Positions 19,092 through 29,637 of a DNA stretch of 64,000 bases are shown piece by piece; position 1 is the stretch's first letter; the number at the start of each line of letters is the position of its first letter. The stretch is taken from positions 804 to 64,803 of the IMG/VR virus record IMGVR_UViG_3300027856_000008; one strand, 5' to 3'. This DNA comes from a virus (taxonomy: Duplodnaviria > Caudoviricetes). The position numbers and the translations under genes are program-made. Under the pieces are notes generated by a model. That model made no database searches. It saw nothing but the letters and a program-made list of their open reading frames with translations, and was not told the origin of the DNA.

Positions 19092-20579
19092 ATGGCAGCA
19101 AAAAGCAAGCCGGATCTAAGGACACAAATAACGTCCGATTTTCCTGACAATACAACAGGGTTAATTACCCCCGCTATTTTGCGAGCTTATTTAACAGATA
19201 ATGTTGATTCTAGTTTAGCGTTTCAAGTTGAAAGGCTCACATCTTCACCTGTTACATTAAATGTTTTAACTGATCTAGTCGTCTTTGAAGCTGGCACAAG
19301 TATTGTTAATTTAGTCGATGTAACAGCTTACATAGATAGAACACTTATATTTGTTAATAATAGCGGTGTTGATGTAACTGTAAATGCCGATACAGGTTTT
19401 CCAGATACAATAGATGGTTTAGCTAGTACGGTATTAGTTGACGAGGGTTATGCAATTCTAACATCAGATGCGGCAAATAATAACTGGATAATATCATTTG
19501 ATTCCAAAGGTATCTTTATTGACAGTTTAGTCGATGTTGATACCACCACAGTTGCCCCAATTGCTACAGATTTTTTATCTTTTGATGGTGTAGATTGGGT
19601 TCCAGTAGCAGCACCAGCGGCAGGGGTAGCGGTTCTTGATGATTTAACCGATGTTGATACCACAACATTAACACCAGCGGCAGGTCATTTTTTAAAATTC
19701 GATGGTGCTGGTTGGGTTAACTTTGTTCCAATAGCAGCGGCAATATCTGACTTTGAAAGTGCGGTTACCGCTAATACATCAGTTGCCGCCAATACAGCCA
19801 AGATAACAAATGCTACGCATACAGGCGAGGTTACAGGCTCAACAAGTTTAACAGTTGATAAAACATCTATTAGCAATAAAACACTGGTTACAGCGGTCGG
19901 AGCAGACCATATTTTAATTGGTGATGCGTCAGACACCGACAACTTAAAAAAAGCTTTGGTTAGTGATTTATTGACAGATAATGATGCTATACATGATAAC
20001 GTTAATAGTGAAATTTCAGCTATTACAGAAAAAGTAACACCTATTGCCGCAGACTTAATAATAATCGAAGATAGCGAAGCAACTAATGCGAAGAAAAGAG
20101 TCCAAATAGGTAATTTGCCAGCACCAAGTTTAGGCAGCATTGATGATCACACAGATGTTGATACAACCACCAGCGCACCAGTAACAGGGCAAGTCCTTGA
20201 ATGGGATAGTTCAAATTGGGTTCCAGCAGCACATAAAGTTAGATACGCTATTCCTTTTGCTAAAAATGGTAATTTAACCGAAGGAGGTCATTTAAAATTT
20301 GGTGATGTTACGACAACAAATCCACATGGCGCAGTAGTACCGCAAGACGGAATAATTGAAGTGGTTTCTGTTTCTCGTACAGATTCAGACGCAGCGGATA
20401 TTGAAATTCTAGTCGAGGGTGTTCTTCAAGTTACAGTGGCAACGGCAGCATTAAGCGTTGTTGATACAAGTATGTCATTTGCTGTAACAGCGGGTGATAT
20501 GATTTCTGTTAGGAACAAGAGTGGCGGTAATACAATTTCTAATACAATCGTAATGGTAATTATCGAGTCCGAGTGCTAA
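19092..20579 (+). CDS. Putative (head) fibre protein
   Basis: N-terminal FPDNTTGLITPAILR; repeated LDDLTDVDTTT..P..G..L.FDG..W shaft motif. Confidence 0.6.
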   Translation: MAAKSKPDLRTQITSDFPDNTTGLITPAILRAYLTDNVDSSLAFQVERLTSSPVTLNVLTDLVVFEAGTSIVNLVDVTAYIDRTLIFVNNSGVDVTVNADTGFPDTIDGLASTVLVDEGYAILTSDAANNNWIISFDSKGIFIDSLVDVDTTTVAPIATDFLSFDGVDWVPVAAPAAGVAVLDDLTDVDTTTLTPAAGHFLKFDGAGWVNFVPIAAAISDFESAVTANTSVAANTAKITNATHTGEVTGSTSLTVDKTSISNKTLVTAVGADHILIGDASDTDNLKKALVSDLLTDNDAIHDNVNSEISAITEKVTPIAADLIIIEDSEATNAKKRVQIGNLPAPSLGSIDDHTDVDTTTSAPVTGQVLEWDSSNWVPAAHKVRYAIPFAKNGNLTEGGHLKFGDVTTTNPHGAVVPQDGIIEVVSVSRTDSDAADIEILVEGVLQVTVATAALSVVDTSMSFAVTAGDMISVRNKSGGNTISNTIVMVIIESEC

Positions 20580-20926
20580 TGAATGAAATTAAGATCACAA
20601 ACAAGGGGTTAACCTATACAGCAGCCTTGTTTGTGGTCTTAGCTGGTATCTCAAGCTCGTTTATGATTGGTTATAACTGGCACTTTGAAAACTTCACGAA
20701 AAAAACTTCATTTGAAAATTTGAAAAAGGATCAAAGCCTCCTATATTTGGAATTGCGAATAGTAGATAGTGAAAATTGGCTAAGTTACTATGAAAAGCAG
20801 ATAGAGGTCGGGAACCCGTTAACGGCTTGGGAGCAAAGACGTTATGATCTGTTAAAGGCAAGCATTACTGAAATGCTTAAACAGAAACAGGAACTAATGA
20901 GCTATGCGAAACCAAGTAATAGTTAG
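20573..20926 (+). CDS. Membrane protein (N-terminal TM plus coiled coil)
   Basis: Hydrophobic segment TYTAALFVVLAGISSSFMIGY. Confidence 0.5.
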   Translation: MLMNEIKITNKGLTYTAALFVVLAGISSSFMIGYNWHFENFTKKTSFENLKKDQSLLYLELRIVDSENWLSYYEKQIEVGNPLTAWEQRRYDLLKASITEMLKQKQELMSYAKPSNS

Positions 20927-21194
20927 ATCACTTGTTTATATATTCCTTTCTATTATAGCTTTAGGTATTTATTCAAGTGCTGGTGGATTTATAGATTATC
21001 GTTTAAAAGTTGTCTCGATAAATACAGATAGATTAATAGTTCAGATTGAAAATCGTAGTAACACTGGCGTTGCTTGTATGATAAACACTTCAAATGATAA
21101 ATCATATTTCTTTGATTTAAGAAAGAAAAAAACATCTAGATCTTATTCAGTTCGACTCCCTGTTAAGTGGATCGATTTTGGCTGTAAAAATTAG
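20904..21194 (+). CDS. Membrane or secreted protein
   Basis: N-terminal hydrophobic helix and two Cys. Confidence 0.5.
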   Translation: MRNQVIVRSLVYIFLSIIALGIYSSAGGFIDYRLKVVSINTDRLIVQIENRSNTGVACMINTSNDKSYFFDLRKKKTSRSYSVRLPVKWIDFGCKN

Positions 21195-21240
21195 TAATTA
21201 GATCCTACCTGATAAAACCCTTATAAAATAAATCGCATTT

Positions 21241-21329
21241 AGTAATAAAAAAAGGTTGACGTAGTTTGATAATTTGATAATATGAACACACGCAAACAGA
21301 GCTACCAAATAAAACAAGCGAGATAAAAA
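21241..21329 (+). promoter_or_regulatory. Early promoter cassette 4 (inside the structural region)
   Basis: UP tract, TTGACG-N16-TAATAT and AAGCGAGATAAAAA-ATG. Confidence 0.75.
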
Positions 21330-21716
21330 ATGTCTGATTTAACAAGATTCAATTTTAAAAAAGAAGGTTTCACAGTTGATTTTTTTGAGGGTAATCATGT
21401 TCATAATGGTAAGGGTGAATGTGGCGAACCTTTTGAAGTGCCAGAAACGTTTATCACTTTATTTGATGGAGAGTTTTATTATATCTTGCCTTATATCTTT
21501 TTAGGCGAATATGTTTGGGGCGAACATTTTGAGGGTGTTGTAAAAGGCAGCGAAAAAGCACAAATCATAATTGATAAAATTAATGCGAAAGGTTTAGTAG
21601 ATTTAACTAAATGGTTGGTTCAATCACAATTTGATGAAAGATTCGGTTATGGTGAATACTTAGCAAGCCACCTAGACGAACCTGACGATGGTTATGATAT
21701 GGATAGATACTACTAA
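21330..21716 (+). CDS. Hypothetical early protein
   Basis: First ORF of the cassette. Confidence 0.6.
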   Translation: MSDLTRFNFKKEGFTVDFFEGNHVHNGKGECGEPFEVPETFITLFDGEFYYILPYIFLGEYVWGEHFEGVVKGSEKAQIIIDKINAKGLVDLTKWLVQSQFDERFGYGEYLASHLDEPDDGYDMDRYY

Positions 21717-21790
21717 GCAAAATATACTTAAAAAGCCCTTAGATTAGATTCTAGGGGTGTTCTAATCTAATTTAATAAGCGAGGTAAGAA

Positions 21791-21976
21791 ATGCAAGCAG
21801 CAATTGAAAAAATGGCAATAGTAACCGCAATAAGAGAGGCAGAAAAAAAGTTAGGCGATATTGATAATGAATTCATTTGTTCGACAGCAATAAATATTTT
21901 AGGTTTTGCCCAAGATAGTAAAGAATCGGTTAAGGTAATAAATGTTTATTCAAAATTAATTGGTGGCTGGAAATGA
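21791..21976 (+). CDS. Hypothetical protein
   Basis: TAAGCGAGG upstream. Confidence 0.55.
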   Translation: MQAAIEKMAIVTAIREAEKKLGDIDNEFICSTAINILGFAQDSKESVKVINVYSKLIGGWK

Positions 21977-22209
21977 GCAAATATAATAACAATAGTGTTG
22001 TTGTAACTTTGAATATGTTCCCTACAGAATCAGATTTAAAAGGGTTTGGTTTGACGTATTTAGATATGGAAATTATTTTTGAAAATGGTACCACTATAAC
22101 GGCAGATGAAATATCGAATAATTCAAATGGTGTTAATTGTGTTTGGTTTGGTGGTTTTGCCATACCTTTTGAGTGGTTCAAAATTATAGAAATTAAAGGA
22201 GAGTTTTAA
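21973..22209 (+). CDS. Hypothetical protein
   Basis: Coupled ORF. Confidence 0.55.
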   Translation: MSKYNNNSVVVTLNMFPTESDLKGFGLTYLDMEIIFENGTTITADEISNNSNGVNCVWFGGFAIPFEWFKIIEIKGEF

Positions 22210-22211
22210 CA

Positions 22212-22448
22212 ATGAAAAATAAAATATACGGTACGATTTGTTTCACGGAGGAAGAATTACAACTTTTAAGGGGTTCAGTATCACAAGCAAGAAACAGATG
22301 TTTTGAAAAGCGGGGGCGAGGGGGGATCAGTGGTCCAGAAAAGTCTTTTTATTGTAATCTAGTTACACAGTATGATTTACTGGCAGCGAAGCTTGAAAAG
22401 CCGTTTGAGGATGATACAAGCCAAGACGGTGAAAGCAAATTTGAATAA
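22212..22448 (+). CDS. Hypothetical protein
   Basis: GGAG RBS. Confidence 0.5.
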   Translation: MKNKIYGTICFTEEELQLLRGSVSQARNRCFEKRGRGGISGPEKSFYCNLVTQYDLLAAKLEKPFEDDTSQDGESKFE

Positions 22449-22472
22449 ATGAAGTAAGGATAACTTTATCAA

Positions 22473-22997
22473 ATGAAAAAAAAGCGAAGTAAAAAATATA
22501 ATCCCATTAAAACCCTTATCACAAACAACGAGCGTATCCTTAAGGGGTACGCAGTTGCTTATGTCTATTCACCTTTTAAAGAAAAACAGATGTTAAAGAT
22601 CCTCGTTAATATGCGGGGTGATGTGATCCCCGTTACTCAAATAATGTCGGATGCCTTAACAAAGGTTCGCTATAAATGGTCTGTTTATATTTCTACATTT
22701 GGGCATGATTCAAATGGGGAGGCATATCATAAGTCGGAAGAATTATTTTTCAAGGATAGATATTTACAGGAAGAATTAGTCCACCAGCTTAATGATCGTC
22801 ATGGTAAACAAACTAAAAATTTTAATGAAAATCATTATTGCGGGGCAGGGTGGATAGCAAGCCCAACTGGTAATGACTTCACCGAAGAACATGCCTTTAA
22901 AATCTTTGAAATACTAGGTGGTTTTGATATAACACAGGCACAACATTTTGAAAATATGCAAATCAAAGAACTTAAAAAACAAATGGAAAAGGTTTAA
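22473..22997 (+). CDS. Hypothetical protein
   Basis: ORF with basic N-terminus KKKRSKKYNP. Confidence 0.6.
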   Translation: MKKKRSKKYNPIKTLITNNERILKGYAVAYVYSPFKEKQMLKILVNMRGDVIPVTQIMSDALTKVRYKWSVYISTFGHDSNGEAYHKSEELFFKDRYLQEELVHQLNDRHGKQTKNFNENHYCGAGWIASPTGNDFTEEHAFKIFEILGGFDITQAQHFENMQIKELKKQMEKV

Positions 22998-22999
22998 TT

Positions 23000-23242
23000 A
23001 TGATTACAAATAATGTGAAAATAACGATTGCCCAAAGTATTGATGAAGCACCTACATATGGAGAGGAAACAATACCGCTTGTAATAGAGAAATGTATTAT
23101 TGTTAAGGACGGTATGGTGAGTGGGAAACCATCTGTTGATCTTCAAATGGTAGATCCAGAGGGTAAAAAATATTTAGTAATGGCAACAGGCAGCATATTG
23201 GAAATGGTTGCTCAAACCATAAGAAGTGTAAAACATAACTAA
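23000..23242 (+). CDS. Hypothetical protein
   Basis: ORF; GM.SGKPSVDL motif. Confidence 0.55.
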   Translation: MITNNVKITIAQSIDEAPTYGEETIPLVIEKCIIVKDGMVSGKPSVDLQMVDPEGKKYLVMATGSILEMVAQTIRSVKHN

Positions 23243-23272
23243 ATAAACCCTAAAAGCCCAATCTGAATATTT

Positions 23273-23284
23273 GACTATACTTTA
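23273..23284 (+). promoter_or_regulatory. Putative late promoter (GACTATACTTTA)
   Basis: CTATACT motif before the head-tail connector operon. Confidence 0.55.
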
Positions 23285-23309
23285 ACCAAGTATTCAGAGG
23301 GGCTTTGTC

Positions 23310-23858
23310 ATGGCACTTGTAACAGATTTCACCTTACCTACCTTCAATAGTTATGCCACAGAAGCAGAAAGCGATTTAATAGCGCAAAAATACGGTTCTA
23401 TGTTTTCCAGTGCCGATTGGGTTGGATTAACTACGCAAGAAAAAGAAGATCGTTTATTACAGACAGCCACAGAAGCAAATCTAAATAAGTGGCTAGGTCG
23501 ATTGATCCCCGAAGTAATAAGCTTTGAAAGTGGCTCGATGCAATTTCCTCGTTTAGCTTTAACAGCCCCAAATGGTTTAACTTTTGAGTCGAATATTATT
23601 CCTGAGTTTATAAAAGAATATCAGGTCGTAAGAGCGTTAGAATTAATTGCTTCACCGTCACAGGTTAAAACTGGTGCGACTGATAATAAGCAACTCAAAT
23701 CACAAAAGATTTCTACTTTGAGACAGGAATTTTTTGAACCAAATCCCACGGCAGGAACAACCACAAATAAAAATGAATTAGTGAGCTACAACATTATCGA
23801 GCCATATTTAACATTAAATTCTAGGGTAGGCGGCAGTAGCTTTATTGTGAGGGCTTAA
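23310..23858 (+). CDS. Head-tail adaptor
   Basis: MAL...NSYAT, W.G, QFPR and IP..IK..Q pattern of siphophage adaptors. Confidence 0.75.
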   Translation: MALVTDFTLPTFNSYATEAESDLIAQKYGSMFSSADWVGLTTQEKEDRLLQTATEANLNKWLGRLIPEVISFESGSMQFPRLALTAPNGLTFESNIIPEFIKEYQVVRALELIASPSQVKTGATDNKQLKSQKISTLRQEFFEPNPTAGTTTNKNELVSYNIIEPYLTLNSRVGGSSFIVRA

Positions 23859-23861
23859 AGA

Positions 23862-24224
23862 ATGAGTGTTCGATCTGATTTAGTAGCCGATTTCAAAGCA
23901 GCAGCGTTAAGCATGTTTGATGATATGGTCGAAAATACTGGTGAAAAGTTTGTTGAAAAAACTACGCTGGATGCTGTATCAGGAGCACCAACAGCGGGGG
24001 CAGAGCATATTGTAAGAATGCTGCGGGATAGTTTAGAAGAATTTGAAAATTTACCAGATGAAACAGAGATCGGTGATGTTGTCTTTACTCTATTACAAGA
24101 TGAATTGCCTATAACGCCTTTAAAGTCTGGATTAGTGGTATATGACGGCATTACATATAAAATCGTTGGTTTTATTGTTGATCCCGCAGATGTTCTTTGG
24201 CAGATAGTTGGTCGGAGGGCATAA
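23862..24224 (+). CDS. Head closure/completion protein
   Basis: Position; DG.TYKIV....DPADVLW. Confidence 0.65.
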   Translation: MSVRSDLVADFKAAALSMFDDMVENTGEKFVEKTTLDAVSGAPTAGAEHIVRMLRDSLEEFENLPDETEIGDVVFTLLQDELPITPLKSGLVVYDGITYKIVGFIVDPADVLWQIVGRRA

Positions 24225-24225
24225 C

Positions 24226-24627
24226 ATGGGCGTTAAAATATCTGGTATCGAACAAGCAATAGACACTGTTGAGAATGCCCCGTATCAGCAGGGGCTTAAA
24301 TTAATGATTGATATTGATAGAAGGTTAGTTCAAATCACACCCCGAGATACAGGGCGTTTAGCTAATAACTGGATAGCAAGTTTCAATAAGCCGTTAGATA
24401 CTTCATTCCCGTTTAGTGATGATAATAAAAGACCAGAAAACCTTTCACCTACTGGCGTATATCCTCCAAAAAAACCAAGAAATATATTCGATCATGTTTT
24501 GTATTTAACCAACAATATTATTTATGCGGAAGTAAGAAACGAAAAAGGCGGGAAAGGTGGACAGCCACCAGCAAGATGGGTTGAGAGAAGCGTTACTGCT
24601 GCGGTTAACTTTGCTTTGAGGAATTAA
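24226..24627 (+). CDS. HK97 gp10-like tail completion protein
   Basis: TPRDTGRLANNW and YLTNN..YA. Confidence 0.8.
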   Translation: MGVKISGIEQAIDTVENAPYQQGLKLMIDIDRRLVQITPRDTGRLANNWIASFNKPLDTSFPFSDDNKRPENLSPTGVYPPKKPRNIFDHVLYLTNNIIYAEVRNEKGGKGGQPPARWVERSVTAAVNFALRN

Positions 24628-24628
24628 C

Positions 24629-25033
24629 ATGGCTTTTGTTAGAAAAACGTTCACAGCGTCAATTAGACAAAGAATTTTAGATAATTTGCCAGCAGTTTTA
24701 AATGCTGCTACTCAAGTCAAGTGGGATAACCAGCCTTTCGATAGATTGAATGATGAACCTTATATACGAGTTCAAATAATTTTTAGCGAAAGAGATCGGG
24801 CAGATTTGGGATCTGATTTTTTTACTAACGATGGTCAGGTTTTGATAATGGTTCATAGTCCTAAAGATACTCATACCGTTGACCATGAAGATCTTGTCGA
24901 TGAAATAGCCGCGATATTTGACGAGTTTACACAGCCTGATCACCGCTTTGATCAAAGCGAAGTAAAAACAGCGGGTACAGTGGATGAATTTTTCAGAAGT
25001 GACGTTATGAACGATTTCACAGTTTATGAATAG
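24629..25033 (+). CDS. Tail terminator-like protein
   Basis: V.WDN.PF, YIRV.I and G.V.I.V.SPK; lies before the tail tube gene. Confidence 0.7.
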   Translation: MAFVRKTFTASIRQRILDNLPAVLNAATQVKWDNQPFDRLNDEPYIRVQIIFSERDRADLGSDFFTNDGQVLIMVHSPKDTHTVDHEDLVDEIAAIFDEFTQPDHRFDQSEVKTAGTVDEFFRSDVMNDFTVYE

Positions 25034-25074
25034 TTAGACTAAACTTTATACAATATTAATAGAGGATTAAGACC

Positions 25075-26274
25075 ATGACCGCATCAGTAATTCGCCCCCC
25101 TGTTGGTGGGGAACGTCAGACATTTGTAGCCGTTGAGCTAGTTAATGGAACTACACCAGTGGCAGCAACTTGGTATGAACTCCCAAATAATGGTGGTGCT
25201 GGTGTCGCAGAAGAAATAGACACTACAGAAAGCGAGGAATTAACCCCGTTTTTAGGTACTAATGACATTATCAAAGTACAGACTAACGGATCGTTTAATT
25301 ATGATTTTGAAATGTTCCGTGACGATGCCGTTGGTAGTCATACTCTATTTTTTGAATCCTTGTTATCGAATAAATTTGCTGGATCTGTTTTAACTAATGG
25401 CACAGATGATAGTGAAACACTCGTTATTGAAGATGGGATCGCTTCAACACAAAACTTTATTCATGTTAATTCAGCTTATGCTACTGCGTTTAGTTTATCC
25501 GTTAGTAATGGTGAAATAGCGACAGGTAGTTGGGAAGGTACAGGAACACCTAGTTTAAGTCCTGTTACGATTGTTGTTGGTGTGGCAGATGTAACCTTTA
25601 CAGCCCCGAACTCAATTGATTTAGGTGTCGGTAATTTACCCGCTACGGTTGTTGCTGGAAATTACATACTGGTTGAAGGTGCGGCAGATACTAGTAATAA
25701 CGGATATTATAAAATAGCTTCATTAGGTGGGGCCGATGAAGTCTTGGTCGATGGTGTTATTGCTTTATCAGCTACAGACAGTCCGACAATGACATTCTCA
25801 GGCCAAACCGTTATTGATGGTGGAGCAACTAAAACACCAAATGCTAAACACCCCAAAATGAAAGCTGGCGATTTTATCACAGCTACCATTGACGGATTCG
25901 ATGTTTTAGATTTTGGTTTACGCTTCACAAACGCGACAATAAATATTGCCAGAACCAGAGAAGATCTATTCGAGATCACAGTAGATAAAAGTTTTGCATC
26001 TGCGGCAACTGAATTTACTTCAACGGTTGAGTTTGAATGGCATCAAATTAATGATGATTTGATTAGACGTTTAGAAAATGAAACGGAACATGCGCTAATT
26101 ATTAAACTTAATTCTATTGATGGTCGGTCTATTCAATTTGAATTCCCAAGGGGCAAGTTTAGTGCTGGCGCTTTTGGCTCTGCAAGTAAAACTGCTGTTT
26201 TAGCTGGTACATCAACTTATACCGCCTTATTAAATACGAGCAATGAAATGGTAAAAATAACTTATGCACCATAA
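25075..26274 (+). CDS. Major tail tube protein
   Basis: Size, position before chaperone and TMP, ESEEL motif, internal Ig-like insertion. Confidence 0.75.
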   Translation: MTASVIRPPVGGERQTFVAVELVNGTTPVAATWYELPNNGGAGVAEEIDTTESEELTPFLGTNDIIKVQTNGSFNYDFEMFRDDAVGSHTLFFESLLSNKFAGSVLTNGTDDSETLVIEDGIASTQNFIHVNSAYATAFSLSVSNGEIATGSWEGTGTPSLSPVTIVVGVADVTFTAPNSIDLGVGNLPATVVAGNYILVEGAADTSNNGYYKIASLGGADEVLVDGVIALSATDSPTMTFSGQTVIDGGATKTPNAKHPKMKAGDFITATIDGFDVLDFGLRFTNATINIARTREDLFEITVDKSFASAATEFTSTVEFEWHQINDDLIRRLENETEHALIIKLNSIDGRSIQFEFPRGKFSAGAFGSASKTAVLAGTSTYTALLNTSNEMVKITYAP

Positions 26275-26336
26275 TTCATGTTGAAATGGATTATATACAC
26301 TATATTTTTAGTTAAAATAACAAATGGGTTAGAAAG

Positions 26337-26708
26337 ATGGGATTAGAAGCATATAAGCGTGATAAAAGCGCAGTTGAAAAAGGTGTTTGGATCACACTAA
26401 ACAATGGCGTTAAAGTATTGTTAAAAGAGTGGGGAACACCTGAGTTTTGGGCTTCATATCTTTTAAATGCTAATTTTGAGGGTGATAATATCACCACAGA
26501 AGAAGATGTGAAAGCAACCGGATTGGCTATTGCTAATTCTATCGTTATGAAGATTGATAATGACGGTACTATGATCGAGGGTGCTATTGCGGTAAGCGAG
26601 ATCATAAATGATCCTGCTTATTGGGAATTAAAATCAGAAATTATTTTAGAGTCGAAGAAAACAGAATTATTCCGCATTAAAAAATCTGAAAAAACAAAAA
26701 AGCCTTAG
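26337..26708 (+). CDS. Tail assembly chaperone (gpG-like)
   Basis: Between tail tube and TMP; ends in a slippery heptamer. Confidence 0.75.
   Translation: MGLEAYKRDKSAVEKGVWITLNNGVKVLLKEWGTPEFWASYLLNANFEGDNITTEEDVKATGLAIANSIVMKIDNDGTMIEGAIAVSEIINDPAYWELKSEIILESKKTELFRIKKSEKTKKP
26696..26702 (+). other. -1 programmed ribosomal frameshift site A AAA AAG
   Basis: In-frame X XXY YYZ heptamer just before the stop; the -1 frame is open through to 27031. Confidence 0.8.
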
Positions 26709-27031
26709 TCACTCACAGCAAAAATGTTACCGATTGGATCTCAGTCTATGGGATTAATGGAAAACAGCCAGATGTTGAGTGGCATAAAAGAACATCGAGA
26801 GATATAGGCAAGTTAACACCTTGCCTTGTTGATATGCCAAATGTTAAACCGTGGATGAATCCTTATTTACGGGCTTATTCCCTCCTTACCCACTCAAGAC
26901 GCGCTAACGGTCTAATTCCAATATCTGACATAGTAAGCTTACATAACGCTGCTTACAGTTCGTTAGAGCTAGAAACATTTATAGAGATTGTGATCTTGAT
27001 GAATGAACAGGCAATAACAGCAAATCAATAA
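26696..27031 (+). CDS. Tail chaperone frameshift extension (gpT-like)
   Basis: The -1 frame reads KALVTHSKNVTDW...DMPNVKPW... without a stop into the 26834..27031 ORF. Confidence 0.75.
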   Translation, partial: KKALVTHSKNVTDWISVYGINGKQPDVEWHKRTSRDIGKLTPCLVDMPNVKPWMNPYLRAYSLLTHSRRANGLIPISDIVSLHNAAYSSLELETFIEIVILMNEQAITANQ

Positions 27032-27072
27032 ACCGACTATAATTTAAACAAATAAATTTTTCGGTGATCGTT

Positions 27073-29637
27073 ATGGTTGATAAGGTTGGTATTGAGGTAA
27101 CAGCAAAAACCGCTGGCGCAGATGGGCCGATCAAAAAAACAAAAAAAGAGATTCAAGATCTTTGTAATACAGTAGCCACGACAGATAAAAAAGTTGATAA
27201 CTTAGAAAAAGACTTCAACAAAGATTTGCCAAATGCCCTTAAAAAATCAGAAAAACAAGCGAAGAAAACAACTAAACAAATAACCAGTTTAGGTACACAA
27301 TCAGCGTTAACGGGAAAGAGTGTTAATGGTTTATCTAGTAGCTTTAAAGGTTTAGGACTTGCGATAGTAGCGGCAGGGGCAGCGGCAGGGGTGCAGGTAT
27401 TTGTTACTGCGGCTGATAATTTCCAATCATTAGAAGCCAGAGTGAAAGATGCCACCAGATCAACAGGTGATTTCAAAGAGATTTTCCAAGATTTACAAGA
27501 TGTTTCTTTACAAACAGGAACGAGTTTAAAAGAAAATGTTAGTTTATTTCAGAGGTTATCATCAGCATCAAAAACATTAGGCGCAAGTAATAAAGAACTT
27601 ATTGGAGTAACAAAAACATTAGGTGATTTAGCTTTAATATCAGGGGCAAGCTCGGAAGAACAAGCAAACTCATTTAGGCAATTAGCGCAAGGTTTAGGTG
27701 CTGGCACTTTAAGAGCAGAAGAATTTAATTCAGTACAAGAACAAACTCCCACAGTAATACAAGCTATAGCAGATAATATAGATCGTTTTGGTGGCAGCAT
27801 TGGAAAATTCAGAGAGGAAATAAAGAAAACAGGTACACCTAGTATTGATATTTTAAGGGCATTACAAAAAGCGGCAGACGATGCCGCAGAAAGAGCCGCA
27901 GCAATACCGAAAACAGCAGCGCAAGGATTTATATCCTTATCAACTATATTGGGCAAAACAGCAAGTGAATTTGATAAGCAAATAGGTTTAACAGATAAAT
28001 TTGCCAAAAGTATGTCGGATGCCGCCAAAGCCTTAAATGATTTTTTAAAAGATAATGATAATGTAACCGATGTTATTAATGGACTTTCAAATGCTCTTCA
28101 AGTTGTTGGAGTATTATTATCAGTTACTTTAGCGGGTAAAGCTATAAAAGCAGCAAGAATAGGTTTTACGGCTTTATCAGCAGACGTAGTTAAAACCACT
28201 ATAACAGGGCAAGCTTATGGTCAGGTTATAACTAAAACAACAACACTTACAGGTGCGGCAGCGGTAGCAACTAGGGTATTTGGAACGGCATTAAGGTTTG
28301 CTGGTGGGCCATTAGGATTAATCGTTACTTTGCTTGGTTTAGCCGCAGTCGGTATGTCTGACTTTGGGGAAAAAACCAAAAGAACAGCAGCAGAAAATAT
28401 AGCGTTAGCTGACGCATTAAAAAGACGAGCAGAAGCGGCTAAAAACGCAGCGGTTCTAACGGATGCACAGAAACTTGAAATTTCAGCTAAAAGAGCGAAA
28501 GAAGCTAAGATCCAAATAGATGCTCTAAGTACAGCTTTAGAAACACTTATTCAAGCTGGTGGTGATCCTGCTGGCGAAAAGCAATTACAAGCACTTATCA
28601 AAGAACAAGAAAAATTATTAAAAGTAGAACAGGCAAGGGTTGATCAACCACAAGTACTCAAAGAAAGGGAGGAGGCGTTAGTAACAGAATTTAATAGAAT
28701 TGGTGAACTGGTAATAGCAAATGGAAATTTAAGAGAAGCACAAGCGAGATTTTCAGAGCAATTTTTAAGTGATAAAGAAAAAGAAGAACTAGCACTTAAA
28801 AGACAAGTTGATAGTTTAGCGGGTTTAGCGATTGCCGCAGGGGAAAACCCAGAAAAAGTTGCCAAAGTAAGAGCCGATGCGATAGCACAAAGCGAAGCAG
28901 CAGCAGCAGAAAAAAAGAAAACAGCAGACGCGAATCAAGTTATAGCTGATAAAAAGAAAAATGACGAAATAGCAGAAGATGAAAAAGACGCAGCAACGTC
29001 CCGTTTAGCAGCACAAGGGCAATTAGCTGGTGATCTATTAGGCATAGTTAAAACATTCGGTGCGGAAAATACAGCACTAGGAAAGGCTCTGGCATTGACG
29101 CAAATAGGTATTAATACAGCAGTTGCTTTAACAAAAGGGTTTGCAGATCTTGGGCCTATAGGTGGAGCTATAGCATCTGGTGTAACAATAGCGGCAGGGG
29201 CAGCGGCAGCGGCTCAAGTTCTGGCATCGAAAAAAGGGAATGTTTTTTCTGGTGGCAACGTTGTTCCATTTCAAAGGGGTGGTGTTGTCAGTAAACCCAC
29301 TACATTCCCCCTCAGTGGTGGCAGAACGGGTTTAATGGGTGAAGCAGGGGCAGAAGCAGTCCTCCCCCTTAAACGGGCCGCAAATGGCGATTTAGGGGTT
29401 CAGACTAATGTCGGTGGTTCTGGTGGTGGCGTAGGTGGAACAGTAATCAATATAAATAACCTATCAGGCGCAAGTGTTGACGTTAGATCCGAACAGATTG
29501 GCAATAGGGAGGTAATTAATATCGCTGTTAGTGAAGCAAGGGCGGCTGTTCAGAATGACTTTAAACGATCACTTCAAACAGGTTACGGTGATTTTGCCGA
29601 GGGTGTTCAATCTAACTTTAATGTCGAGCGCAGATAA
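27073..29637 (+). CDS. Tape measure protein
   Basis: QLAQGLGAGTLRAEEFNSVQEQ tape-measure motif; lambda-like C-terminus GLMGEAGAEAVLPLKR. Confidence 0.95.
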   Translation: MVDKVGIEVTAKTAGADGPIKKTKKEIQDLCNTVATTDKKVDNLEKDFNKDLPNALKKSEKQAKKTTKQITSLGTQSALTGKSVNGLSSSFKGLGLAIVAAGAAAGVQVFVTAADNFQSLEARVKDATRSTGDFKEIFQDLQDVSLQTGTSLKENVSLFQRLSSASKTLGASNKELIGVTKTLGDLALISGASSEEQANSFRQLAQGLGAGTLRAEEFNSVQEQTPTVIQAIADNIDRFGGSIGKFREEIKKTGTPSIDILRALQKAADDAAERAAAIPKTAAQGFISLSTILGKTASEFDKQIGLTDKFAKSMSDAAKALNDFLKDNDNVTDVINGLSNALQVVGVLLSVTLAGKAIKAARIGFTALSADVVKTTITGQAYGQVITKTTTLTGAAAVATRVFGTALRFAGGPLGLIVTLLGLAAVGMSDFGEKTKRTAAENIALADALKRRAEAAKNAAVLTDAQKLEISAKRAKEAKIQIDALSTALETLIQAGGDPAGEKQLQALIKEQEKLLKVEQARVDQPQVLKEREEALVTEFNRIGELVIANGNLREAQARFSEQFLSDKEKEELALKRQVDSLAGLAIAAGENPEKVAKVRADAIAQSEAAAAEKKKTADANQVIADKKKNDEIAEDEKDAATSRLAAQGQLAGDLLGIVKTFGAENTALGKALALTQIGINTAVALTKGFADLGPIGGAIASGVTIAAGAAAAAQVLASKKGNVFSGGNVVPFQRGGVVSKPTTFPLSGGRTGLMGEAGAEAVLPLKRAANGDLGVQTNVGGSGGGVGGTVININNLSGASVDVRSEQIGNREVINIAVSEARAAVQNDFKRSLQTGYGDFAEGVQSNFNVERR

